64,000 nt of DNA from Camelus dromedarius (lineage: Eukaryota), in NCBI RefSeq assembly GCF_036321535.1, contig NC_087437.1:70248001-70312000 (forward strand), in the 5' to 3' direction. Of this stretch, positions 39,471-51,916 are shown one piece after another; within the stretch, counting starts at the first letter, position 1; every line of letters starts with the position of its first letter. The notes below the pieces were generated by a model. The model searched no databases and had not been told where the DNA came from. It was given only the letters and a program-made list of their open reading frames with translations. The translations under genes were made by a program, and so were the position numbers.

Positions 39471-39917
39471 ATCTAGGAAAGGCAGGTTCTATGTAGTTTG
39501 AGTAATAAAAGTGGTGTAGAGGATACACAGATGACTTAAATAAAGGGGAAAGATCACACTCAACTTCCTTCTAAGTCAGCTTTTCATAGTGCAGCTTTTT
39601 TGTTAGAAGTGCATTTTCTTTTTTAGGACATTAGGCATATCAAATGTAAATATGGAAACACATTTCCAAATCTAAACAGAAATTGTTTTTCGATTTTCTA
39701 TACCTTACCTTCCATCTGTTAGTACAAATAATTAAGAGTTACTGTATTTTCAAAAGCTCTGGAGAGTGTTAACCTTCCCGCAAAAGTATAATGAAGTATG
39801 TATAAAAACAATAGCATGTTTTGCAGTGCTTGTGCAGTTAATTATCATTCCTATCAAAAATGGAGTTGCCAGAATTTTTATAAACAATAAACAGCACGTG
39901 ATGGTAGTACCCTATAT

Positions 39918-40030
39918 ACATTCATTCAACAACATTTATCTAATTATTGAACACTTAATACATTCAAAGCATTGTACTTTGCACTATTAAGATACAGGGA
40001 TGGCTACAACATAACTTTGCTTCTAGGAAC
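39918..40030 (-). mobile_element. L2 3' end
   Basis: 'cattcattcaacaacatttat...attattgaacactta...aagcattgtactttgcactattaagatacaggg'. Confidence 0.65.
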
Positions 40031-40149
40031 CTTGAAATTTTGTGGACTATATAAGCATGTAGACACCCAATTCTATCTGTGCTAATAAATATTTCTGATT
40101 TTGTACAATTAATTTCGTTCTTTCCTAGGGAAGAAAACTTTTTTTTATC

Positions 40150-40400
40150 AAGTGTTCATAATGTGTAGATACTGTACTTAAAAATTAATATATTCAATGT
40201 GCTTTGAAGGATACCTTGCACTTTGTGGGTTCTCAACAAATTATCTGTTACTATCAGTCTACATAATTATCAAAACCACTTTGTGAAATGGCTATTCTTA
40301 TTCTCATTTTATAGATGAGGTATATGAGACATGGAAAAGTAACTTGCTTGAGAATGCATAGTAAGTATTATTCAAATCTAATTCAGTGGCCCATGCTGTT
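40150..40400 (-). mobile_element. MIR fragment
   Basis: 'ttattctcattttatagatgagg...gtaacttgcttgag...attcaaatctaa'. Confidence 0.65.
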
Positions 40401-40403
40401 GTA

Positions 40404-43284
40404 CAGTGGTCTCAAAAATAGTGTGCATGCACTCTAGGAAATACAATAAATATTTGAGAAGATATCAAAACTTTTATGTCTATTTTCACTTTAAAAATCT
40501 AAGAAATTAAAGTTTACTAGTCTTATATGTAGATTGTTGCTGGCAATGTCAAAGTATCATTTTCATGCATTGTTAAGCTATACAAAGCAACCTGAGTGGA
40601 GAGTGGGAGTTGATTTGCTTTAAGATTTGGGGGTACTGAATTTTGTCTGTGCCTTGTTATGCGGAGTCACAGATTACATTATCTAGTGTTAAATAAATCA
40701 ACTCTTATGAAACAAACCAACTCTGAAAAAAAGCAGAATAAATATGCTACTAATAATTGAGCACATTTGAACAAGAATATCTTTAATACATTTTATGAAT
40801 TCATTGTCAGCTATTTCATAAAAATAATTTAAATGATGATTTAATCATGTTTGATAATAAGTCAACCAAAAATAATTATTGCAAAGACTATTTAAAATAT
40901 GGATTTATATTCACTCTCAGTAAGGATGAACTTCACCCTTAGTTTATGGCTTGCCTTGAGAAAAATGACTGAAATAATGCATGAAAAATAATATGACAAC
41001 TATATCACATTTGTCAGCAAATGCTGTTAGAAGATGCATAGAATACATTGCTGAAGATTTGAAGAAATAAGTATTTGAATAAACTGTATAGTGTGAAAGT
41101 TTTACTGTATGGTAATGAAAGTATCAATATTTCTAATATTTCAACCAATGGTAGTTGTTAGGTTCAATTTCAGTAATACAAAGAACTACGTTCTTATGAA
41201 TCTCTAAAAGATTGTTAGCAAAGATACCTACTAGGTGTCAAAATACTCTCTAAGTTATGCATTCTGAAATAACTATTTTAACATAATTTTGTAGTGTTGG
41301 TGTGGTTGCAATGGAAAAAGATTTCTGGGTAAGATGACAGAGCTACTTCTAGACATGAAATTCATTCACTCATCATTTATAAGCAAGCTATTTTAGCAAA
41401 TCAACTAAAGTCAAAGGATACACAAGTGCTGTAAGGATGTCGTTGATGTGATTAATTTGTTTTTTCTTTCAATAAAATCTTTAAAATGCAATAGAATCAA
41501 ATATGGAAGATTCTTAAAATTTTAGTGGAATCTTTACGATACTCTGTAGTAAGATGGAGAGTTGCCATGAATACTGTTTGTATCACTTGAGGTTCACTGG
41601 TTATTCAGTGGTAGATTATTGAGAAGCTATATGAAATTTATGGCAGTTATACATTTTTCTTTTATTGGATGACAAGAGTTCTAATTTTGCTGACATTTTC
41701 TGTGATGACAGGTGGCTGACAGTACTATGTTCTCCAACATATATTTTTGGGAAAAAAAGAAACATACTGATCTCTCTTTTTTTTTTAAAGTAATTATATT
41801 AACAATGAGTGAGAAGGTGTCTGCTTTTTTAAAGATCCATAGTATGGAGAGAACACTTTCATACTGAATGTTATTATTTTCATTATAATGTGATTTTGTT
41901 GCCAAAACCAATGTAATTGTAAAACTCCAGTTTCTGTATAACTTAAAAACTGTGTCTGAATAGTTTTTTGAAACCTGGAACATAATTTTATAACTTGTTT
42001 TAAAATCTTCCAAATGAAATCTTTAAGTAGATTTAAAAAATTCTTTTGTTAAAAAATAAAAATGCTTCATGTACCTCTTAGTTTATAAGAATGACTGATT
42101 GACATCTGGTAAGATGGAAATTTACCAGCTAACTTTCAAAAAAATCTTTTACACAATTGGTGGTTGAAATTGAAAATTGAGTATTCTGATTTAATAAGCA
42201 CAGCTAGTGATGCTCTTCTTCCATTTTGATCTACTATTTTCTGATGCTTTTCCCCCATCATGACAACCATTAGAGCTAAATATCACAATAACCTGAACAT
42301 AGTACCACATTTTCAAATGACTACTTCACGAAGTGTAAAACAAAGTCAAAGCATAAGGAATGATAAATATTTAATCAAATTACTCTGTTAAAAAAAAATT
42401 TTTTTAGTGAGATCAGAAATGTTTAAAAATTGTTGCTAAATCCAACAAAATTAAGTTATTTAAAAATATTATTTATTTCTTATTTATTTCATCCTTTAAA
42501 ATGCCTATTAATTCATATGTTCTATAATACATATAATATAGTAATCTATAATTTATAAATACTTATATATATTGGAGTACGGGCTTATATTTAATTGGTT
42601 CCCAGTCAGAAAAACAGAAATGACTTAAAACAGAGTGACTTTAATTCAGGGAATTGGTTACAGAAGTGATGGAAAGTCTGGTGGAAGGAAAAGAAGGTGG
42701 CTGTGTTATTTACCAATGAGTACCCCTAGAAAGCAGGGGAAAGTTATGTTACTCAGAGCTTATAAGCACTGTGCTGCTGAGGCAGCTGGAGCACTTTTGT
42801 GGCTGTAAATGTAGGAATTGCCACTGCCACCACTTTGCAGGAAGCCAGGTAACCACACTTCTACTGACCAAGCAAGAGCTTAGGTTGCACAGTTCCTCCA
42901 GCGCTGTTGTACTTGCCAAGGCTGTTAGAGCTTCCAGTCAGTCACCTGTGATGGCTGCTGCTGTTCTGCAACTGTAGTACTATCACTATGATCAGCAGCG
43001 CTGAGAGCCAGATCCCAAGAGCTCTGTGCTCCAGAGACTGTTGAAGCACCATTGCTGAGATGGCTAGTGCCAAAAGCAGAAGGAAATAAAATTCTCTCTC
43101 TGATCTTCTTCCAGTGCTTCCATCCTGGCAAAACAATCTAGGAAATACAGTTTTCAGGTTCCACCACAGAAGAGAGCATGAAAAAGATGAGAATGGAGTT
43201 GAGAACCAACTAATGATCTACATAGAATTCAAATTATTTCTTACTGATGGGGTATATAATTTTTAAAAACTGGAGAATCCATTG
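40404..43284 (+). mobile_element. hAT-Charlie DNA transposon fossil (Charlie7-like) with decayed transposase
   Basis: Termini cagtggtctcaaaa / ggagaatccattg; local translations DYLKYGFI (~40886), DVVDVIN (~41436), EVHWLFSGR (~41589, cf. EVRWLSRG), DALLPF*ST (~42209); right flank gtctagag fits Charlie target consensus NTCTAGAN. Confidence 0.85.
42585..43226 (-). mobile_element. ERVL-type LTR (LTR33/41/52-like group) inserted in the Charlie 3' end
   Basis: GC shift; 'cagtcagaaaaacagaaa...tttaattcagggaattggttacag' typical of reverse-strand old ERVL LTR ends; Charlie terminal sequence resumes after it. Confidence 0.55.
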
Positions 43285-44959
43285 GTCTAGAGTATAGGGG
43301 TAATAGCTCGGTAGTAAAACTGCATCTTCCTTCAAATTTTATTAATTTGTTTTAGAAGATGGATCCTGGTGTGTTATCTAAACCTAGGGCTGTTATTCAG
43401 GAAGCATAGAATGGCAGTATATCACTTATTTATAGCCAGTGTCTGTTTTGAGTAGCAGTTACAGCAACATTTCTTATTGGTCTATGCCCATGCCTTACCA
43501 GCTATGAATACTTTGCACATCATTTACCACTGCCTAAAATCTGCTCTGATTTATGATTTATTTGTATACACTTATTAATTTAACTTTTAAAATAATAGTA
43601 TAGTGAAATTTAGCACCTGGAAAACTTCAGAATTTTTAAAATTCATAATATCTAATATTTTATTTTATAATATATAATATTTTATAGTATCTATTATTTT
43701 ATTGTAAAAATATATTGTAAGTAGTTAAACTGCTGTGTGAAGCACAAATTAATTATTGAGTGGCATATTGAATTAAATGTATTTATTGGTAAAAGGAATA
43801 TAGGAGGGGAAGTTTATTTTAGGCAAAAACCACGTGAATTTTATTCAAATATTATCTTAGAATGGTTTGCAGTTTATTTCAATTACAGACTTTTAGATAT
43901 GACATCATAAGAAGTGTGTATTGGAGTCCTAGACCATTAAATTTCTAAAATGAAATCCACAATGATTTATTTCTTTCATAGCCCTTTTTATAATTAATAC
44001 AGATTTAATTATGGGTAGTGTTCTTTTCCTATTGATTACTAATAAAACTATTTCCTAATGAGACACTCATTTTATGTTCATAGTCTACATAGGTTTAAAT
44101 TATGTTGGGAGTATTATTTGCATTATGGAAGGTTTAGTTATTGCATTATAAATGGTGAAATGTCATCAGTTTGGAATAGAGTAGGACATCTCCTTTAATT
44201 TAGTTATAAGCCTGAATTTATGGATATTCAACATGAAGTAGAATTTGTTTTGATAATTTTGAAATACTCAATATGATTATTAAAACAAAATTTAATGTAA
44301 TATAATTTATTTCAAAATTTCTATTTCACAAGAATTCCATAAAACAGACCTGACACATTATACATGCTGAATGTATATACTCTGATTAATGAGGTTTTCC
44401 TATATTTGTTATTGATAGAAATGAAGAAGATTGAGATTTTATGTAGATATTGTCCAAAAACTTAATATGACCTTATAGGTTTAAAAGGTTATGGTTGTAA
44501 ACCTATAACTTATCAGGGTTAAATGAGCTTTCTTAAAAATAAAAGATATCATTTTTACCCATTTTGAGTTGTCCTTGTGGCCTGTTGCCTCAGAGGAGTT
44601 AGCAGGCTGTTATCATGCTGACTCTATTATTAATAACTGGCTTCAATATTACTAGACAGATTGTTATTAATGTTTCCAACTCTCTAATCAAACTGTTTCA
44701 TGGTATGATTCTTTCATCACTTTTGAAATTTATTTATTTGTATCCTACTTTTCTTTACTAACCTTTCTTTAAATTTTGAGACTGTTTCTCAGATGTATGT
44801 AAAATACATATTGAAATTATCTGGGGAATACATATGCTCTCAAACTTGTTTCTCATCATTAGTCTTTTCCCAAAACTTCTCAATCTCAGCAGTTTATTAT
44901 TCTAGAAAATTTTGGGAGCAGTTCTGTCAAGCCCCTTCCTTTATTACTTACAAACTCCA

Positions 44960-45145
44960 TTTGGATTGAGTTTAGGCCTGACTTCTACCACTCATTAGCT
45001 ACAAGACTTAGGGTGTCAGTTTCCTCATATATAAATGAAAACATTAATGTTACTTATAATGCTGCTGGGAGGATTAAATGAGTTAGTGTATGCAGCACTA
45101 AGCATAGTTCCTGACACATTCTAGTAGTGATAACTTTTATTATAA
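44960..45145 (+). mobile_element. MIR SINE
   Basis: 'tcagtttcctcatatataaatg...ggaggattaaatgagttagtgtatg...agcatagttcctgacaca'. Confidence 0.8.
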
Positions 45146-46711
45146 GAATGCATCTATACTAATAGCAACTTTTGTAGATTAGAAGAATATGGAGACTGAA
45201 TTTCTGCATATAGAGTCACCAGTTAGGACAGCAGGGATCTCACCAACCTGCTGCACAAATAACATCTATTACAATTATGATGCCTCTTTCATATCTTCTA
45301 CGCAACTTTTACTTTCCCTGTAGAATCCACTCTGTAGTTTCTGTTTCTTTTCCCTTGTGCTTTATATACTCTGTACATATGAATACATTTTTATGTAAAA
45401 TGTTGAAACTAAAACTATTGCTAGCACTGTTCTAGATTGTTAAGGAGGGAGGGTTGAGCAGGCAGCTGGAAGAGTTAATATGGCATGTTTGTCTAATACA
45501 TTTTTCTAGAGCCAGAGAAGTATTATTGAGAATGACATTTTTATGTTTTTTAATTCTTTGATTCAAAATTTATTGATTGTGTCACAAAAGTACTTTCCTC
45601 TCCTAAATTTCTGAAGATATTCATGTCAGTTAAGATCAGTTTATAGAGGTAGTAACAGCAACAATAATAATCATAATAATCTTGTAATTCAGACATTAAT
45701 CTCTGTGCCTCTTCTCCACATGGCCATATTTCTCCTGTGTATTTGTAGGGAAAAGGTGATTGACTCATATTCGTATCTGAGTCATTCTGTGTTAAAGATA
45801 CTTTTGACTTTTCACTATTCACTATTCACCAGTTACTGGCCACTATTCACAGTGCTGCTGGTCTCTCCTTAGAACTCCTGGAGTATTTTCTCTCCCATTA
45901 AGAAGCTTCTGTGTTTCCAAAGGCTACAGCATAGGAGTGAGTGTGTGGCAGTACTTTTATTTTTTCATCCTTTTATTATTTATTACGCTATTTAATAAGG
46001 CTGTTGAATACATCAAGCTTTCCAGATTTGGAGAGAAGAAGAATATTTACATTGCAAAAATGCAAACCTCTTAGAATTCAATATTAAGCATCATTCAAAA
46101 AAAAAAGAAAACATCCGTGGCCACCTTGACATTGGAGAATTTCTCACTGCCCATCTTTCTTTCCTGTCATTCTTCTCTCTTTCTCCTCCCCTGTCATTTC
46201 TATGCTCCTCTACTTCAAATTGTTCTCAATTTATTTTGTAGCACACTTTAATGGCACAAGAAGAGTTATTCAGGTCCCACTCTCTGACCCTTCCCAAGCT
46301 TACAAAGGTATTTTTCTCAAAGGAGATGGTTCCATTCCTTTGAGGAACTCTAAGGCCAATTTCAGAGTCATACTTGAACACTAATTGTAGTTATGAAAGA
46401 AATAATGGATAAATGAATTTTCTTCTCAGAGATGATGTGAATTAAAATTCTGCTAGCTCCAGGGCAATACCTTTTTTATTCAACAGTTTATTATGAAAAT
46501 TTTCAGACATATAGAAAAGTTGAAGGGTATTACTTTTTTGTCTACTATAACCATTTTTGTTTTTTGCAAAATCTTAAAGTAAGATTATGTTTTATATGTG
46601 ATTTAACACATGTTAAAATGCTTTTTACAGGTTGTCTATATCATCCTTACAACTCAAATTTATTAGAGTTTTTAATTAACCAAGGTTTATAAATCCCATA
46701 TATCATTGCTT

Positions 46712-46890
46712 TGTTCATTTGTTGTCATTTATTCATTTATTTAAGAAAACTTAATTGAGCTTCAACACTGTCCTGGTGTCCCGCGAGGTGTCAGGCCAAC
46801 AAAGCTTAGTAAGTAGAGTCTCTATTCTGGGAAGTTCCCTCAGTCCAGTGGAGAAGGTAGGCATGTTAAAGGATAGATGTCTACAATGCT
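46712..46890 (-). mobile_element. L2 3' end
   Basis: 'ttcatttattcatttatttaagaaaacttaattgagc...gaagttccctcagtccagtggagaaggtaggcatgt'. Confidence 0.6.
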
Positions 46891-47793
46891 GCAAAAGGCT
46901 TAATAAAAGTACTCTTAGTGATGGAGTTCACATGTATTGCTTTGTTTTCATTTTAAACAAATATTTGTTGACTGTAATCGAAATTAGAGATGCATCTCTT
47001 CCCATATAAGGATCATACAACTGGCCTACTATTAGTAAACTATGATTTATCTACAATCTCTTCTAGTTTTTCTTGGGACTGATGGGATACAATTTTAAAA
47101 CAGATGACCAGGATTAAGAATTGCTATCTAATTAGGCTACATAGAATTGACTTTATGATGGTGGCCCCAATGACCAAGTCAGTAGTTAGTGTGGCACTTA
47201 CTCATTTTGACCCACTAATCCCACTTTGCTTTTCTACTCATATACTAGGGCTGAATTCTTCTTTTGTCCAACATGGCAACATGACCCTTACTTTCACTCC
47301 TCCCCTTTCATTTTCTTTTTCAATCTGGGCAATAAAAATATCTTTTAAGAATGTTCTTGTAAGAAGTCTTAACCTATCCTGACATTTTTTCCTGTTCAGC
47401 CTCACATAATATGAAAACAACAATGATGCCTGAAAAAGGACTTGGTAAAATTATACTTGGGATAATGGTAAATGCTTCTGAAATTAGTTGTCTTTCTTTC
47501 CAAAATTAAAAAAGAAGTCTTATCCTTCAAATACTTTTGGAAGTACTCATTTGCTAGATCAACAATTTCTGATCAAAGTACATTGTAACCCTAAAATAAA
47601 TGAAATTTTATGCTCCAGGGAAATATCAGTGATTTGCTTAGTCATCTAAGAAGTACATGTACTGTGTTCTTATAGAAGACACTTTACTAAACATGTTGGG
47701 GACAATGGAAAAAATTTACTCAATGGGCCTATAAACCACATTGTTAGAAAAGAAACTATCTGTCTCCAATCTAACCTCAATAACTCCCCCAGC

Positions 47794-47831
47794 TACACAC
47801 ACACACACACATACACACACACACATGCACA
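47794..47831. repeat. (CA)n microsatellite, imperfect
   Basis: tacacacacacacacacacatacacacacacacatgcaca. Confidence 0.95.
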
Positions 47832-48804
47832 CCCTTTCGTGTGCCACATTTTAAATTTAGTTATTTTTTATTTATTTTATTTTATTTCATTTTTAGCTTT
47901 TTGAGGGAAAAGCACAAAGTTTAAGGCACTGCATTACATGGGATATTACATTAAGTAGTGGCAAGATTATTTGCTTGCACTAATATTGTTCACAGGTCTG
48001 TCCCCCAGCAGCCCGTGAAGCCTTCACAAGCAGAAACTTACATCATACGTTTTATCTTCATTTTTCATCCTCAAGTATAGTAGATGGCACATAGTGGGCA
48101 CAAAATAAGTTTAGGTAATGCACAAAGATTAGAGTAAGGGTAAATTCTTTCTTGCAAAATGAGTCATTAGAAGTCTTCAGAATATATCTCTAAATAAGTC
48201 AAAGTTAAAACTAACTACATAAAATCATATGATATTATTTAGCATCTCTTACACATAATTTATAATTCCTTGATTTTTTCCATGCCTTTCTCAAGCTATG
48301 GAAAATAAGAATTTGTATTGTATTTTCTTTATTATTTATTTTGTTCTTTAAATAATTATTTGCATTACTATTTGATACTTGATTTACTTGAACTTAGGAA
48401 CCTTGGAACTGTGTAGTCTTTTTTCTTTTTCTTTTCTTTTAAACACAGGGCATTCAGGAGAATAATCTATGGGACCTGTATATAATGCAAGTAGCCTTTA
48501 TGAATTGATAGCCTTATTGATTACATGTTATTTTCCAGTTCAAGCAAATGGAAGCACATATTTATGGACATTTGGAAACAACAACAAAAAAATGTGATTG
48601 AATGGAGTATGTAAACTTTTAAATAACAGAGTTGTTAGACTCTTAGACCAAGTGTGTTGAGAGCTCTGGGTGTAAATTAGAAGAGCAAATTTGCACTATG
48701 CTGTATTGGTAAGCAAGGTATGAGTAGTCATCAGGTTGTGTTGGATTTGACTCATTACCACAGAATCTTATGGCTAGATGGGGCCTGAGCTAGCATTAGA
48801 TATT

Positions 48805-49066
48805 GGGAGACAATATAGTATAGAGATTAAGAACATGATCCCTAAATCAGGCAGGCTGAGTTCAAATTTTATTACTGCTATGCTGTGTGATCTTGGGCAA
48901 GTCACTTGACCTTTCTGTTTCTTCACCTGGAAATAAGACTAAAAACAATCCCTACCTCATAGAGTCATTGTTAGGATTTAATAAGTTAATAAATGCAAAG
49001 TACTTAGAAGAATGCATGGAATGTAGTAAGGATTTAAGCATTAGCTATCATCATAATTATTATTAT
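48805..49066 (+). mobile_element. MIR SINE, near full length
   Basis: 'gctgtgtgatcttgggcaagtcacttgacctttctg...cctacctcatagagtcattgttaggatttaa...attagctatcatc'. Confidence 0.9.
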
Positions 49067-49099
49067 GTTACGCAGTTCAGCTCCTCTCTTTTAAATTTA

Positions 49100-49200
49100 A
49101 CTTTATTATTTTTTATATGAAGCTGAGAATGGTTACATGACTTGCCCAGGGTGCACAAACTACTTGTGGTGACACTGGGACCAAAACCAGTTGTTAACTC
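49100..49200 (-). mobile_element. MIR fragment
   Basis: 'ggttacatgacttgcccagggtgcacaaactacttgtggtgacactgggaccaaaacc'. Confidence 0.75.
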
Positions 49201-51239
49201 CCATTTTAAGATCTTTCTACAGGATGAAATTGCCCCATGGCATATCAACATATGAAACAATTTAATTTAATAACTTTGTAACTTCAGAGTCTGATAGTCA
49301 ATTAGGATTATTGTTTCACGTGGTGCTATGGTTATTTAATACACGGGTCTCCAGTCCCAGCAGGGAAAGTATATCTTGAACTCCAGAAAGTACTAAGAAT
49401 ATGTCACTTATTGTGCTTGGAATCTAGTAAAGTGTGCAGATACGGAGGAAGTGTTGAGAGGTTGTGAATTTTTCACTAAGCCAAAATAATTGTTTTTCTT
49501 TTTTAAATTCAAATAGCTAGTTGTTCTTAAGAAAAGGTGAATAGCTACATTCCTTTCGACTCCTGCTGGTAGAAGTCAAATATTGTCTTCCTATTTTCTT
49601 TGGGTTAAAAAAAACTAAACAAAACAAAAATACCTAGAACCCTATTTTAAAAAGTCAGGACATACTAATATCTCATTTTAATCAGTCTGTCAAACTGTGT
49701 GGCTTGTGTGCTTTTTTAAGTGGCATTTTTCTTCATACATTTAAACAAAGCTTCAGAGAAACAATAGGGCAATAGTAGAAACGGAACTGCAGGCTGAGCA
49801 GTAAGGGGTGAGATGCATGCTGGTACCTTAAGCACATTAAGTGAGTCTTAGAAAGATTTTTCATGACCGAAAGTAGGGCTCATTACATACCCTTTCATGT
49901 ATGTTTGTCCCTTCTTTATTAAGCAGCCACCCTTAAGAGAGGTACAACACTATTGCAGTACCAGAGAATTAGAGTTGGTGGTTTACAATGAGAGTGGAGA
50001 GTCTGGACTCTTGGTTCCTTGCTAGAATTTTCCCAGGACAGTTTGCTTAAGAGTGGCCAGACATCACCTTCTAATTTCTGTGCTGTGGGTTATCTACCTT
50101 TAAATTAGCTAAAGCAATGTTGATCTCTGTTGTGAACATGACATAAGAGTTAACTGTCATTCTGAAAGATATTTGTGAATCAGGTGAAGATATAGTTAAG
50201 CAATAAGTTGTATATTGAAGTGATTGTTATTTATTTTATTAACTGAAAACTAACTTTTAAAGGAATTGATGCTTATATAAATGAAGTAGTCTATGCAGAG
50301 GAACACATCCTAATTTTTGAAGCATGGTGAAACACTGAACCATATAAACAGGATGATTTTATAATTAATATACTTAATTATTGGTCCCCAAATGCAGGGT
50401 TTGAAAAAGTCAGAATCAATCATTTTCTTCATTTTAATGTAAATTTTCTTTAGAATATTTTACTCTCTACTGTAATGTTTTTAAGTCCCATCTAAAAGAT
50501 ACACAGCCAAACTATAGAAATATTTTAAGGAAGGTAGCTGTCTAGGTCGACTAGGAAAATCTAGTTTTTAAAAATTGGGGGATAAGGAGAAAGGCTTGAA
50601 ACTAGTATCGTTTTCTGATCTTTGTAATTCCAGAGCTGCAAATATATCACTTACAGGAGAAAAGGCACCTGGGAGTGGGGAAAGGGGTGGAGAAACACGT
50701 AATGGGGTGAGGAGTGCAATATTAGCATTATTTTGCTTCTCATTTGTAAAAAAAATGTTTGGAGGTATCAGACAAAGAAAAACTGTTTTTTTATTTTTCT
50801 TTTAGAGAAGCTTTATTTAGAAGCATTGATTATTTTTATTTTTCCCTCCTAATAAAAGAACAAGGGGTTTCTGCTCTGGTTTCAGATCCATATTCTATGA
50901 AATCTTGTCCTGCTTGCGATGGAAGTGCCTTATGGGATTTATTTCTGTTGTTGTAACACTATGTACTATATGCATTGCACCTGTTCACACAGAGTACATT
51001 GCATTGTGATGTTTGCACAGATAGAAGCTTCAAATAAGAAACCAATCTGCCTTCTTCTAGAGTACCAATCTATTAGTTACTTAATTAAACTTAATTCTGT
51101 TTTGTCTGCAATTTCTCTTATGGTCTTGATTTATTTACTGAGTAATGATTTCTTCTTTCCAGTTATCAGTTTTGTCTGAGATCAGTTTTCCTATTGTATG
51201 GAGTCTGTTTCTTTTAGAGCCTCCTTTAAGACTGCTCTG

Positions 51240-51775
51240 ACTTTAAAATCATTACTAAGCTTTTGTCAGAGCAGATTTGTTGACAGTCTTCTCACATTAA
51301 AAAAATAAATTTAAATGATTGCACAAATAAGCTATGTATTTCACTATTTCCTGCTAATATGCAAAAAATGTATTTATGATAATTACATGTACTGTGTGCC
51401 AGAACCGAAACAATACATTCCTCATAATGGAGCATAAATAAAGAAGGTGGAGCCAGCTGCTCTTAAACTGTTTATTTGCAAGCAGTAATGATATAGAGAA
51501 TATACCTTTTTCACTCTGTTAGCCTGGCAATACTGAACCTGTTGCTGCATTAGACGAGTTGCATTTTGCTGGATAGGGGAAGGAGGGCTGTCTGCTGTCT
51601 GGTAGGAGGGCTTTGTCTGTGCCTTTCTCTCTGTTTCTTTCTGTTTTTCTTTCTCTCTCTCCTCTTCTCTCTCTCTCACTCGCTTGCTCTGTCTCTGTCT
51701 CTCTCTCCCTCTCTGCCCCCCCTCCCTCCCTCTCTCTTGCTCTCTCTCTCTCTTCCCGTCTCTGTGGTTTGTAAG
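51240..51775 (+). promoter_or_regulatory. Putative alternative (non-CpG) promoter/enhancer upstream of the 51.8 kb exon
   Basis: Repeat-free block with C/EBP-like TTGCACAA (~51319), octamer-like ATGCAAAA (~51359), SOX-like AACAAT (~51409), FOX-like TGTTTATT (~51469), E-box CAGCTG (~51453), followed by a CT tract. Confidence 0.5.
51611..51770 (+). repeat. CT-rich polypyrimidine tract
   Basis: ~160 nt of C/T with scattered G and a single A (51678). Confidence 0.95.
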
Positions 51776-51916
51776 GTAGGTTGCAGTGTGTGTATATACA
51801 CAACATCAAGAGCAGGAAAATGGACTCATTAGGGAGGCAGGCAGTCATTACCACTCACACTGTACTTCCAGGGAGACACCGATTATGAGAAGAGAAACTC
51901 AGCGCTGGGGAAGAAG
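51776..51916 (+). other. ZBTB20: Non-coding 5' UTR exon (alternative first and/or internal), probably ZBTB20
   Basis: Ends at donor AAG|GTAGGG; sequence 'acatcaagagcaggaaaatggactcattagggaggcaggcagtcattacc...' recalled from ZBTB20 transcript leaders (memory); 5' boundary uncertain. Confidence 0.6.
51820..51888 (+). other. Candidate uORF, 22 aa MDSLGRQAVITTHTVLPGRHRL
   Basis: ATG in strong context (aaaATGG) within the exon, TGA at 51886-51888; translation not demonstrated. Confidence 0.45.

Noticed and set aside
41681..42013. 110-aa minus-strand ORF
   Set aside because: Antisense to decayed Charlie transposase; no independent coding signal
40880..42350. Possible domesticated ZBED/Buster-type gene
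   Set aside because: Multiple stops and frameshifts; only isolated motifs survive
51422..51854. ORFs with ER/RE or LS repeats
   Set aside because: Translations of the CT/GA tract
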